Positions 37,300-54,298 of a DNA stretch of 64,000 nucleotides are shown piece by piece. The position numbers and the translations under genes were made by a program. This DNA comes from the human T2T-CHM13v2.0 reference genome, Homo sapiens. The notes below the pieces were generated by a model. That model was not told the origin of the DNA, did not search any database, and worked only from the letters and a program-made list of their open reading frames with translations. Where the stretch lies: the NCBI RefSeq assembly GCF_009914755.1, contig NC_060944.1. One strand, 5' to 3'. How positions within the stretch are numbered: position 1 is the stretch's first letter; every line of letters begins with the position of its first letter.

Positions 37300-38440
37300 C
37301 TAACCTCCACATGCCTACCTGCCACATACCCACCCTCCACCTGCCCACCCTCCACACACCCACCCTCCAGCTGCCCACCCTCCACACACCCACCCTCCAC
37401 CTGCCTACCCTCCACATACCCACCCTCCACCTGCCTACCCTCCACATACCCACCCTCCACCTACCTACCCACCACACACCCACCCTCCACCTGCCCACCC
37501 TCCACACACCCACCCTCCACCTGCCTACCCACCACACACCCACCCTCCACCTGCCTACCCTCCACACACCCACCCTCCATGTGCCTAACCACCACACACC
37601 CACCCTCCAGCTGCCCACGCACCACACACCCACCCTCCACGTGCCCACCCTCCACACACCCCCCCTCCACCTGCCTACCCTCCACACACCCCCCTCCACC
37701 TGCCTACCCACCACACACCCCCCCTCCACCTGCCTACCCTCCACACACCCCCCTCCACCTGCCTACCCACCACACACCCCCCCTCCACCTGCCTACCCTC
37801 CACACACCCCCCTCCACCTGCCTACCTTCCGCACACCCACCCTCCACCTGCCTACTCTCCACACACCCCCCCTCCACCTGCCTACCCACCACATACCCAC
37901 CCTCCGCCTGCCTACCCTCCACACACCCACCCTCCACCTGCGTACCCACCACACACCCCCCTCCACCTGCCTACCCTCCACACACCCCCCCTCCACCTGC
38001 CTACCCACCACACACCCCCCCTCCACCTGCCTACCCTCCACACACCCCCCCTCCACCTGCCTACCTTCCACACACCCACCCTCCACCTGCCTACCCTCCA
38101 CACACCCCCCCTCCACCTGCCTACCCTCCACCCACCCACCCTCCACATGCCTACCCTCCACACACCCACCCTCCACCCACCCACCCTCCACATGCCTACC
38201 CTCCACACACCCACCCTCCACCTGCCTACCCTCCACACACCCACCCTCCACCTGCCTACCCTCCACCCACCCACCCTCCACATGCCTACCCACCACACAC
38301 CCACCCTCCACCTGCCCACCCACCACACACACATACCCACCCTCCATGTGCCTACCCTCCACACACCCACCCTCCTCCTGCCTACCCTCAACATACCTAT
38401 CCACCACATGCCTACCCATCACGTGTCTACCCTCCATGTG
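37300..38440. repeat. 30-bp minisatellite (VNTR-like), about 38 copies, C-rich on + strand
   Basis: Consensus cacacccaccctccacctgcctaccctcca with 29-bp variants; degenerate copies extend to about 37215 and 38460. Confidence 0.97.
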
Positions 38441-38544
38441 CCTAAAACCACGTGCCTACACATCAGGAACCTATACACCACCCACCCACACACCAAATGC
38501 CAACTTCAGTACTGCAAACTGCAACAAGCACATGGTACTCAGAA

Positions 38545-39563
38545 TCCCTTAGCTCTGCAAGTGACCTTGGAAAGTCCATGCAGCAAAGGAACCTTCTTCC
38601 TTGCTGATAGAGCTATGATTTTATGTGGGTCCCCACTTCATCCTCAGCTGCAACTTCTGATGGACCACATGGATCTTGTGATCCCATTCCCCTCGACTTA
38701 GCCTGTTTCTAACTAATGAGACAGAAGAGGAAGTCTGCTGAGAGTCTGGGAATGGCTTCTTGCTCCTAAAGTGTTAACACTGGTGTATTAATCCGTTCTC
38801 ACACTGCTATAAAGAAATACCTGAGAGTGGGTAATTTATAAAGATTTAATTGGCTCACATTTCTGCAGGCTGTACAGGGGACTTCTGGGAGGCCTCAGGA
38901 AACTCTCAATCATGTCACAAGGCAAAAGGGAAGCAAGCATGTCTTACATGGCCGAAGCAGAAGGTGGGGAGTGGCAGGGTGCTACACACTTTAAACAACC
39001 AGATCTCGTGAGTACTCACTCACCATCACGAGAAGCAGCACAGAGAGGGAAATCTGCCCACGTGATCCAGTCACCTCCCACCAGGCCCACTTCCAACACT
39101 GGGGATGACAATGTGACAGGAGATTTGGGGGGACACAGATCCAAGCCCTATCAACTGGGAAAGAGCATTCCTTCTCCTTATCTGGTGGTTACCATGCACG
39201 GACATTGACGGCTGCAGCCCAGGAAGGGTCTGCCTGGAGCCAAGAGCCCATCACTCAACTGCGGGTCAGAGAGACTCGGGTCCTTGGCAGCACAGTCAAG
39301 CCCCAGGGCAAGGAGAGGTTAATGTAATCACTTCCCTTCCAGACAAAAGACAGAGTGGCTTTTCTTTTGTTTTACCTTAAGAAAAATTAAGATAGTTTAA
39401 TTAGGACTAACTGGGAAAAGCAAGAGGAAAGTCAACAGTTTAATGAGGATTTCTGGAATCTGGACTACTGGCTTCTTTTCATGTTAGATAATAAATTATT
39501 TTCCCATTTAAGCCAATTTGAATGAACATTTTTAGTTAATTTGCACCCAAGTCACTCTGATTG
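38545..39563 (+). mobile_element. Old MaLR/ERVL-type LTR (MLT1J/K-like), interrupted by MSTA
   Basis: 'aatgagacagaagaggaagtctgctg...ctgggaatggcttc' before MSTA and 'aataaatt...tttaagccaatttg...tagttaatttgcacccaa' after it; very diverged. Confidence 0.45.
38784..39153 (-). mobile_element. MSTA-type solo LTR
   Basis: 'tgtattaatccgttctcacactgctataaagaaatacctgag...gagatttggggggacacagatccaagccctatca'; perfect 5-bp TSD ACTGG (38779-38783, 39154-39158). Confidence 0.9.
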
Positions 39564-39919
39564 AGGGTCAACTAATCTACCTCCTATTGCTAGGCAGAAG
39601 TTTCTCATCTCATCCCAGACAATGGGGACCTGCCTTCCCTTTAGAAGTCACTTTAAAATGGAACTACACAGTCGCCTTTTTAAACTGATTTAAAACTGAT
39701 TCCAGTATTTAGTAAAACAACAGAAAACAACTCCTCTTCACACGTAGCCCACCTGCTGTTTAAAGCTCCCTTATTTCCTGATGTTAAGGTTCCCAGAGAC
39801 AAGCGTGTGTTCCCTCTGTAGGCAGATTCTCCTACAGCTCAGAAGCCCATTTGGCTCAGCCATAAAACCCACCCTTGCTGCCACGAAGATGAGACTTTCC
39901 TTTGCTTATCCATCAGGTT

Positions 39920-40375
39920 TATGAAATTAAATAATTAAAACCTAAAGTTGTTGGAACTTTAGATTATTCTGATCCCTGACAGGAATGTGGCTTTGTGGCC
40001 TGAGTCACGCAGCACGCAGCTGTAGCTCTGGCTTCTTCCTGTAAGTGATTCAGAAAGACCTTGTGGCGCCAGAACTAAGACCCCTCAGATGGTCAACCCT
40101 GCTCATGGAATGCTAAAGCAATATTCCTTAGAATGTAGCAAGCTGCCACCGATCAAATCACTGCAACATATGTACAGGCCTTGCATGGAAGATGCTGGAA
40201 TCCCCTAAACTTCTCTGTCTCTGTCTGTGTAAGTGAAGCCCTAACTCCCAACTTGTGGAGCCTTGACCCTGTTCCTTTGGAGTCTGTGTTTCCCAGGTGG
40301 CTAACCCTAAGCTTCCTGCTCAAATGAACTCAGCACTTAATCATGATTTCTGAATCTCATGATCTAAGGTTGACA
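39920..40375 (+). mobile_element. ERV solo LTR (LTR47-like)
   Basis: 'aaagttgttggaactttagattattctga...ggaatgtggct...cctgagtcacgcagcacgcagctg'; ends 'aggttgaca'; flanked by ggtt/ggtt. Confidence 0.7.
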
Positions 40376-40438
40376 GGTTGGTGCATTCTACCATGACTCG
40401 CTGTCATTGTTTTCAAGGAAATCTGCCTCTGCAACTAT

Positions 40439-40621
40439 CACACTTCATTGAATTTAAGACGCTGTTGATATAACACCACTACTTTATATACTGCGAACAA
40501 CAGAAATCCTCTGGCAGGAGAGCTGTGACATGCCATGAATTCTGCAATGTACTCCAATCTTGGAGAAGTTAAGATGTGTTTTTTTAAATGTGTATGTCTT
40601 AGAATCATTGAAAAAATGGTA
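40439..40621. mobile_element. Tc2-type MITE (MER104/Kanga-like)
   Basis: Imperfect TIRs cttcattgaatttaagacgc / gtcttagaatcattgaaaaaatggta. Confidence 0.5.
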
Positions 40622-40824
40622 TTTTATTTTTGCACAGCAGTCGCAAAAATATCACAAAGGAAGAACATCAATGTTGGCAGCCTTTCCAATGGGCAAGGAA
40701 GCATCTCTCTGTGTAGCATCCCAGTAAACACACAAACACAGCTAAGGGAGATATCTCTGTGCTGGGAACCTCCTAGAATGTCTCCTCTCCTGGATTCCAG
40801 AAGGAGGTAAAGGGTGATTCACAC

Positions 40825-41001
40825 CACATGGACTCTGGTTGTCTTCCTGAAGAAGGCTGGCCCTGCACAAGGGCACTCCCTTGGGATATGCCCCATGTTT
40901 TCATCCACAGTCACATGGACTCCTGTCATCTTCCTGAAGAAGCCAGGCTCTGCACAAGAGCACTGCCTTGGGTAATGCCCCATCTTTTCATCCACAGCCA
41001 C
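40825..41001. repeat. Two-copy tandem duplication, period 87 bp
   Basis: cacatggactc...tcttcctgaagaag...ttttcatccacag at 40825 and 40912. Confidence 0.93.
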
Positions 41002-43014
41002 CGCCCCATTGCCAACCATCTGCCTGAGCCCTGGTGAGGTGGATGGGCCCTACCTGGGACCTTTAGCCACTGGAGGTTTTAGAATGCCTCTTTGACATAT
41101 TCTTTTCTGTGATTCTGTGTGTGAGGACATCCAGGAGCCAAGGTGGAGAACCCTGGATGGCCTTACAAGATGGCTATCTAGTTGTATGTTCCCCGCACTG
41201 GCCTCCCCTGAAACTTTCCCTGTACCACCAACCCACCCCTCCATCCATGGTGTGTGCATGTGCGTGTGTGCGCAGGCCCATGGTGGGCCAACAGCCCTGC
41301 CCCAGACATTGTCGGGTTCTTTGGGAGACTGAAGCCACAAGAGGTAACATGTGCAGCATTCAGTGGACAAGTTTCCTGCCACATGGAGAAAACTGGCTTC
41401 GGTGAGGCAGAAGAACAGAGCCAACATTAAAATAGAATGAGAAGACACACAGAGAGAAAGAGAGCCAATGGCATTTCCGTTTCTGTTTCCAGTTTTGACT
41501 CATTTAGTTGAAGCCTAGCCACATTCTCACACTTGGGTTCTGTAATACATTCCAGGATTCTTATAATAAAACCTGTGTTTTATTTCACTGGCTTCAATTA
41601 GGATGCCATCTCCCACAGCAAAAATGTCTAACAAGCATATCGACCATATTCCTGACCAGAGCAATGTATACAGGGCACTGATGGTGATGGTGCCAGCTTT
41701 AGGACCACGTGGAAAAAGCAGAGCAATTATTTCAAGAGTTGGGGATAAATAAAGGCAAAAAGTTAAAAAAGAGAGATATAAAGCAGAATTTGATTTAGGG
41801 GAAGTTTAGGAAAAAGACAAAACTCTGTAGTCAGGAAGAGTCTTGAGAGACCCAGCACTGGGCCACATAACATGGCTAAGCCCAGGGCCCAGGGGGACCA
41901 GACTCAGCGCCCACTCATGCCACTCTTGCAGGTCATCCTGCAGCCAGTACAGGGGTCTGACCTCCCACTTCAAGGGAACTGACCATGTTTCAATCAAATA
42001 ATTGGTTTAGTAGAGAAAAGCCTGGACTGGTGTTGATGAGGCCCAGGTTATCAACTCCCTGGAGAACCCACAGTGATCTGGCTGAGCCTCTTTTTGCCCC
42101 TGTTCCTGAGCTGTTAAGTGAGAAGATTCAATGAGCTCCAAGGTATTTAATAGAAAACTGTTTTCAGTTAAACCCCAGCACATATAAATGTCAACATAGC
42201 TTATCTGTTGTAATAGACCTAGAAATCATAAAACAGGAATATTTCCTATGTAAACTGCCTGCAGTGAATGCTCTAGTTGGGACATGCTTGGGGCCCAGTG
42301 CAAACTCTTCCAGTGCAAACTCTTCCCAGACCCACCCCAGCCAATTATCCTTGGCCTCTCCTTCGGCACTCCTGTAAAATATTAGGACCCAGGGAACATG
42401 TAGGAAATGCCTGAGCCAGATGATCTTCGCAGTGGTTTCTTTCTGCCACATAAACTCTGGGCATGTCTGACTCCATCCATAGCCTCCCCATCTATCATTC
42501 TATCCTCACCCCAGACACATTCCTCTTTTTCTTTGGAAATGTGTCTCTCACCAGTCTTGTTTGAATGAGATGATCTGAAACATACGTGCAGAATCAAAAG
42601 TTAATAATAAAACCCTGTTTGTTAGGCACTCAGCCCTGGTTCCTGGGACCACAGAAACACTTGTTGATTTTCTCTTTTGAAATCACACACGGTGCAGCCA
42701 CAGGAACCCAAGGCGAGCCACTCGCCAACTCAGAAGTGATCCCAATCGTCTAATGCTGCCTGGCCCCAGTGCTTCCTGGAGTACATGAAGCCCTCTGCAT
42801 TGTCAGGATCTTGCATGAGTCTAGCGGGGAGAGGCAAAAATGAGCCTCTGCTGGAGAAATTGTCCTGCTGGTTTTGTTTAAAAGCAAGTGTGTTTGTCAG
42901 TTTGGGTTGGCTTAGTGGGGGATGGAGGATCCCTGTTTTTATTAATATTAAAGTTCCAGCTACCTAAATTTTTGTGCCTATTGTTTATTTTCTCCAAGAA
43001 TCAAAATACAAGAA

Positions 43015-43752
43015 TTAATAAATTAAAACCACAGTGAGATACCATCTCACACCAGTGAGAATGGCTATTATTAAAAAGTCAAAAATCAAAAGATGCTGGT
43101 GAGGCTGTGGAGAAAGGGGAGTGCCTATATGCTGTCCGTGGGAATGTAAATTTGTTCAGGCCCTGTGAAGAGCAGTTTGGAGATTTCTCAAAGAACATGA
43201 AACTCAGCTACTATTCAACTCAGCAATCCCATTACTGAGTATATATCCAAAAGAAAACAAATCATTCTACCAAAAAGACAAATGTATTCACATGTTCATC
43301 CCAGCACTATTCACAATAGCAAAGACATGGAATCCACCCAGATGACAGTCAATGGTGAATTTAATAAATAAAATGTGATACATATACCTCATAGAATACT
43401 ACACAGCCATAAAAATGAACAAAATTATGTCCTTTGCAGCAACAGGGATGCAGCTAGAGGCCATTATCCCAAGCGAATTAGTGCAGGAACAGAAAACAAA
43501 TACCGCACGTTCCCACTTATAAATGGGAGCTAAACATTGGGTACTCATGAACATAAAGATGGCAACAATAAACACTGGGGACTGATAGAGGAGGGAGGGA
43601 ATTAGGGGAGCAAGAATTGAAAAACTAGCTTTTGGATACTATGCTCAGTACCTGGGTGATGGAATCAATCATACCCCAAACCTCAGGATCATGTACGATT
43701 CCCAGTAACAAACCTGCACACATACCACCTGAATTTAGAAGTTAAAATTGTG
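43015..43752 (+). mobile_element. L1 3' portion (L1PA15-17/L1PB-like): end of ORF2 plus 3' UTR
   Basis: 'aaaaccacagtgagataccatctcacaccagtgagaatggctattattaaaaagtcaaaaa', 'cagcactattcacaatagcaaagacatggaatc', 'gtaacaaacctgcacacatacc'. Confidence 0.9.
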
Positions 43753-44220
43753 TTTTCTAAAATATATATATACATATTATATATATAAGCATTAATCAAC
43801 TCATCCTTGGGAACCATTCTTGTGATTGGGCATTAACTTGCATCAATTGACAAATGAGGAGGAAGGATGGTCATTAGAAAAGAGATCATGGCAACCCCTC
43901 CTAGGAACTCTTCTCTTTATTCTCTTCCAAATAATCATAAACCTTTACTGTTAACTTATATGCTATGTTATGACATATTTTACTTCCTGAACTTGATGCT
44001 GATGTGCTTGACAAGTGAAACATTTTTTCAACCTTAAGTTTTCTACTATGCCTAAGGTAATACCTTGCATACTATAAATATTTTTAAATTTATAAATGAA
44101 AAGACTGTGTGTACATGTAACTGTATTCTGTAAATTAACAGAGCTATCACTGATATTGGCTAATTTTGAATAAATGAGTAGGGTTTACTTATAAAAAAAA
44201 GAAAGAAAAAAGATGCCCAT

Positions 44221-44527
44221 CTGGGCATCTGATCTTGTGGCCCCCACCCAGGAACTGACTCAGCGCAAGAGGACAGCTTCAATTCCCTATGATTTCATCT
44301 CCTACCTAACCAGTCAGCACTCCTGGCCACTGGCTTCCTCATACTCACCAAGGTGTCCTTAAAACCTCTGATCCCCAAATGCTCAGGGAGACTGATTTGA
44401 GTAACCATAAAACTCCTGTCTCCCATGTAGCCGGTTCTGTGTGAATTACTCTTTATTGCAATTCCCCTGTCTTGATAAATCAGCTCTGTCTAGGCAGCAG
44501 ACAAGGTGAACCCACCGGGCAGTTACA
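44221..44527 (+). mobile_element. LTR8-like ERV1 LTR, 3' half only
   Basis: 'catctgatcttgtggcccccacccaggaactgactcagcgcaagaggacagcttc...ggtgaacccaccgggcagttaca'. Confidence 0.8.
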
Positions 44528-45064
44528 GTGTAAAGTCAGGAGGGACAGAGCTGGGAGTTCAGCCTCGCCTTCCCTGGTTGCCCGGTGCGTGACAGGGCCT
44601 CTGCTCCTCCTTCCCATGCAGGGAGGGGTCCCTCCTTGTTTGAATCATAGGCCTTCAATTTCTTCATCATTTCTACATCTCCACTAGTTCATGCATGATG
44701 TGAAGCACAGAAATGTGAAAAGCCTGTTTCTGCTGAGCAGCGAGGAAGACACAGCAGGAACAGACACATCCGTGATAAGAAGAGGAGGTGGAAGGGGTCT
44801 CTGTAGCATTCCCAGCAGGGCAGGGCCCTGGGACGCTAAGCCATTAAACCTGGCCGCAGAATGGAGACCCGTAACAGAGGCAGGGCCAGCTGATAGCCAC
44901 AGCACAGCCTATAAGATGTGCCACGTCAGTGGCCATCCTCAAGAGTAGGGGAGGAAACCCAGGTGAGGTGGAGCACAGGGAGGAAAATAGATTCACAGAG
45001 GGTGCTTCTCGGGTCATCCAGGCAGTGTCACATTTTCCTGCCACCACCCTCCCTGCAACTGGCA

Positions 45065-45270
45065 CCTGAGGTGGGGGATGGCATTATGAAAATGAGCTCT
45101 TAACCTGGGGGATCTGCCCTGACTCAGGTTGGTTTCAGAAGTGAGTAAAATTGGAGAACACCAGCTCGTATTGGAGAATTGGTCAAGAAAACCCACACAT
45201 CTGGTGTCAGAAATGAAGTATCGAGAGTAATAGTGGAGTACTGCGGAAAGCAGTGTGTTTTTCCTATTCG
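45065..45270. mobile_element. MER21-like LTR fragment
   Basis: 'ggggatctg...aattggagaacaccagct...aaaacccacacatctggtgtcagaa...gtgtttttcc'. Confidence 0.5.
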
Positions 45271-45585
45271 CTCCCTCATGAGAGAGTGGCAGAGACCACA
45301 GATACCATTTATGCTGAGTTTACCCGACCTCATCACCACCAGCTAATAACAATGTAGCCAGTTCCTCTTTTTGGGACACTGCCCTTTTTTCAAGTGTTCT
45401 ATAAACAAGGCTGCAATGACAACTACAATAGCCGAGTCATTCTGCTCACTGTAAGATATTTCCTGAAGGCACATTACTTGAAGTGGAAAACTTTCTCATG
45501 CAAGTTGCAAAACTGCTCCCAGGAGGGGTCTTCCAAGTTGTTACATCCAAGAGAGTAGGAAATGCTTCAGATCTGTACAACACTA

Positions 45586-45750
45586 TGTGTGTCTGTGTCT
45601 GTATGTGCCTGTGTGTATATATATGTGCTTGTATGTGTATGTGCATGTGTGTATATGTGTCTGTGTGTATGTGTGTATATACATATTGTGTGTGTACATG
45701 TGTCTGTGTGTGCATGTATGTGCATGTATATGTTTGTGTGCCTGTGTACT
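45586..45750. repeat. (TG/TA)n microsatellite
   Basis: tgtgtatatgtgtgcatg-type repeat. Confidence 0.9.
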
Positions 45751-45973
45751 TGTTTATGGAGCTTTGCAATTGTTAATTTTAAAATACTACATTATTGTGG
45801 CCTCTATTTTTTTATCAACAGTAAATATTTTTCGATATGAACTGACCGTTTGTTTGAATCTGTATGTATGCATTACCTGTGTGTGGCTTTATTGCATTTT
45901 CTATCCTGGTTCTTACCTGTTTTAGTTTTAACAGCCTCCTGCCACTCTATATACTATAGATATTAAGAATTTT

Positions 45974-46102
45974 TAGGATAATAGTGTAATTCATTGTCTA
46001 AATCAGGGCATTTGAGAGTAGAAGTGTTACAGTCAATAATTATGCACGAAAACAGGCAGAAACCAGGACTCTCTGGAGCAAATCAGAATCATAGGACATC
46101 TA
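45974..46102. mobile_element. MER81-like hAT MITE
   Basis: 'taattcattgtctaaatcagggcatttgagagt...aataattatgcacgaaaacaggcagaaaccaggact'. Confidence 0.55.
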
Positions 46103-46242
46103 ATCATCAGCCCCCATTGTAAATGTTTTTTCTGAGTTGCCATTTGCCTTTCAATTTTGCTTAAGATTTGATGGGCAGAGATTTGAATGTTTGTAGAATC
46201 AAATCTTCTCTCTTAATAGCTTCTCCTATTTATAGTTTACAT

Positions 46243-46273
<31 letters not shown>

Positions 46274-46486
46274 TTTTACTTTAAGTTCCAGGATACATGT
46301 GCAGAATTGCAGGTTACATAGGTATACCTGTGTCACGGTGGTTTGCTGCACCTATCAACCTGTCATCTAGGTTTTAAGCCCCACCTGCATTAGGTATTTG
46401 TCCTAATGCTCTCCCTCCCCTGCCCTCTACCCCGACAAGCTCTGGTGTGTGTTGTTCCCCTCCCTGTGTCCATGTGTTCTCACTGT

Positions 46487-50580
<4,094 letters not shown>

Positions 50581-50643
50581 CATGATGCTAGCCGGTTATT
50601 TTGCACATTAGTTGATGCAGTTTCTTCATAGTGTCATTGGTCT

Positions 50644-51927
50644 TTATATTTTCATGTGTTTTTGCAGTGGCTGGTACCAGTTTTTCCTTTCCATATTTAG
50701 TGCTTCCTTCAGGGGCTCTTGCAAAGCAGGTCTGGTGGTGATGAAACCCCTTAGGATTTGCTTGTCTGGAAAGGATTTTATTTCTCTTTCACTTATGAAG
50801 CTTAGTTTGGCTGGATATGAAGTTCTGGGTTGAAAATTCTTTAAGAATTTTTTTTTTTCTTGAGATGGAATCTCGCTCTGTCACCCAGGCTGGAGTGCCG
50901 TGGCACAATCTTGGCTCACTGCAAGCTCCGCCTCCTGGGTTCACACCATTCTCCTGCCTCAGCACCCTGAGTAGCTGGGACTACAGGTGCCCACCACCAC
51001 ACCCAGCTAATTTTTTGTATTTTTAGTAGAGACGAGGTTTCACCGTGTTAGCCAGGATGGTCTCAATCTCCTGACCTTGTGATCCACCCACCTTGGCCTC
51101 CCAAAGTGCTTTAAGAATGTTGAATATTGGCCCCCACTCTCTTCTGGCTTGTGAGGTTTCTGCTGAGAGATCTGGTGTTAGTCTGATGGGCTTCCCTTTG
51201 TAGGTGACCTGACCTTTCTCTTTGGCTTCCCTTAATATTTTCTCCTGTGTTTCAACCTTGAAGAATCTGAAGATTATGTGTCTTGAGGTTGCTCTTTTCC
51301 AGGAGTATCTTAGTGGTGTTCTCTGTATTTCCTGAATTTGAATGTTGGCCTGTCTTGCTAGGTTGCGGAAGTTCTCCTGGATAACATCCTGAAGTATGTT
51401 TTCCAACTTGGTTCCATTCTCCCAGTCATTTTCAGGTACTCCAATCAATTGTAGGTTCGGTCTTTTTACATATTCCCATATTTCTCAGAGGTTTTGTTCA
51501 TTCCTTTTCATTCTTTTTGCTCTAATCTTGTCTGCATGCCTTATTTCAGAGGTCTTCAAACTCTGATATCCTTTCTTCTGTTTGATCAGTTCAGCTACTG
51601 ATACTTGTGTATGCTTCACAAAGTTCTCATGTTGTGTTTTTCAGCTACATCAGGTCATTTATGTTTCTCTTTACAAGGTTATTCTAGTTACAGCTCCTGT
51701 AACCTTTTATCAAGATTCTTAGCTTCTTTGCATTGGGTTAGAACATGCTGGTTGAGCTCAGTGGAGTTAGTTATTACCCACCTTCTGAAGCTTACTTCTG
51801 TCAATTCACCCATCTCATTCTACATCCAATTCTGTGCCCTTGCTGGAGAGGTGTTGCAATCATTTGGAAGAGAGGAGGCATTCTGGCATTTGGAATTTTC
51901 TGCATTTTTGTGCTGGTTTTTCCTCAT
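50644..51927 (-). pseudogene. Decayed L1 ORF1, interrupted by AluY
   Basis: Start atgaggaaaaaccag at 51927; relic IGVPE..GTKLENILQDVIQENF..ARQANIQIQEIQRTP..YKGKPIRLT..ARREWGPIFNILK. Confidence 0.9.
50849..51110 (-). mobile_element. AluY, 5'-truncated (starts at about consensus nt 33), inside L1 ORF1
   Basis: 'caagctccgcctcctgggttcacaccattc'; TSD ctttaagaat at 50839-50848 and 51109-51118. Confidence 0.95.
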
Positions 51928-53097
51928 CTTTGTGGATTTATCTACTTTTGATCTTTGAGGCTGATGACTTTTTGATGGTGTTTTTTGGGGGGGCGGGGGG
52001 GTATTTTTGTTGATGATGTTGTTGTTGCTTTCTGTTAGTTTTTTTTTTTTTTCTAACAGTCAGGCCCCTCTTCTGCAGGTCTGCTGCAGTTTGCTCCATG
52101 CACCAACCTGCTCCATGGGGTATACATGGATTATTTTCCCAGTGCTGACACTGGTGTCCACAATACCACCTGTAAGTCAGCAGAGCAGAGCTCAGTAGGA
52201 CAAACGTCAGCTCTCCTGCAGGACTGTCTACACCCAGAATAGAAACCACAGCCATTGCCATGCTGGTCCATTGCTCTGGCCAACTGAGCTTGCAGTTGTG
52301 CCATTCGCTGACTGGGCTCAGTGCCCCAACGTGCTCTCCCACACAGGAAGCTCTGGATCTTCAAAAATGGCTTGAAGAGAACTGAAAGGTGTTCTTCTGG
52401 GATGTCATTCAAGTCAAATGCATCAGCAGCCCAGAAGGCTCTCTTTCCTCACTACAGCCCCCAAGCTAATTACACGAGGTTTTTACAAGATGAACTATTG
52501 ATTTACTGTCCACTGCCTCAAGCCAGTGTCTTGGAAATGAACACCAGAGCCTGAGAGCAGGAGGACTCATTCTATGAATATGTGCAGGTGAAACCCTGCC
52601 TTGCAGCTCATGGAAACTCTAATCTCCTACCGATTTCACGGCATGGAGCATCTCTTCCCCTTGGTTCAAACCCTGCAGGGACAACAGCTCTCCAGGGTAT
52701 TCCCCAGCACCAAGCCCATGGCCACACCAGGAACTGCTCCAAACAGAGCTTCTTGCCATGGGGCAGGGGACCACAATCCTTCTCCCCCAGGCTAGGGTAC
52801 CTCTGGTTTCTGCTCAGGGAGCTGCAGGGGAAGTCAGGCTACAGATTCCCCACTCAGAAGCTTCTCATCTGCTTTGTATTCATCTCTTCTAGTCAGTGAT
52901 GTCTTAGGTGTGCTTAACATTCAGAGCAGAGCAGTTTTTAAAACCCACCTCTTCTATATGATAAAATTATTTTCAGTAATAAGCAACTACAAATTTACAA
53001 AAATAAAACCAGTGTAGTATTGGCACAGGTCATCACATATATCAATGGAACAAAATTTTCTGGAAATAGACTATGCATATATGATTAATTGATTTTT

Positions 53098-53387
<290 letters not shown>

Positions 53388-54006
53388 ATTAATTGATTTT
53401 TACAAATGTGCCAAGGTAATCCAATAGGGAAAAGATAGTCTCTTCAAATGGTGCTGGAACAAGTGAACAATCATATGCATAAAATAACTTCAACCCTTAC
53501 CTTCCACCATATGCAAAAATTAACTCAAAATGAATCATAAACTAAATGCAGAAGCTGAAACTACAAAACTTCCAGAAGAAAACATGAGGAAAAAAATTTT
53601 GTGACATTGGTTTGAAAAGTAAGTTGTTGCTAGAATACCAAAAATGACTCATAAAAGAAGAAAATGATAAACTAGACTTGACGAAAATGAAAACCTTTTG
53701 TTTTACAAAGAGACACTATTAAGAAAATCAAAACCCACACACTGAGAGAAAATATTTACTGATTAAGGCCTGCATACCTGATAAAGGAATTGTATCTGAA
53801 TGTATATAAAGAAATCTCAAAACTCAATAATAAGAAAACAAACAGTCTAACTTAAAAAGATGGGAAAAGATTTGAGGAGACACTCCATTTAGAAGAGCTA
53901 TGGGTGGTCAGAGGCTCTGCATCACTAGGCAAGAGGGAAATGCAAATGAGCCCTCACCTCACCTCACCTCACACTAAAATGATTAAAATTAAGAGTACAG
54001 ACAGCG

Positions 54007-54298
54007 AGCTGGGGGCAGTGGCTTACACCTGTAATCCCAACACTTTGGGAGACTGAGGCAGGATGATTGCTTGAGCGCAGAAGTTCAAGACCAGCCTAGG
54101 AAACACAGCAAGACCTCATCTCTAACAAAATTTTAAAAATTTTAAAAAAGTAGCCAGGTATGGTAGCGAATGATTTTAGTCTCAACTACTCAGGAGGCTG
54201 AAGTGAGAGGGTAGCTTAAGCCTGAGAGGTTGAGGCTGCAGTGAGCTAGGATTGCACCACAGCATTCCAGCCTGGATGACAAAGAGAGACCCCATATC
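54007..54298 (+). mobile_element. Alu SINE (AluJ), followed by a (TA)n tail to about 54365
   Basis: 'ggatgattgcttgag...agttcaagaccagcct', 'gaggttgaggctgcagtgagc'; highly diverged. Confidence 0.9.

Noticed and set aside
37122-38701. Long ORFs (476 aa, 416 aa and others) with His/Pro/Thr-rich or extensin-like repeats
   Set aside because: They are translations of the 30-bp minisatellite; the period is a multiple of 3, the unit lacks stops, and several frames on both strands are open
42295-42325. Perfect 15-bp tandem duplication (and a 13-bp one at 62533-62558)
   Set aside because: Real, but routine small slippage indels with no evident consequence
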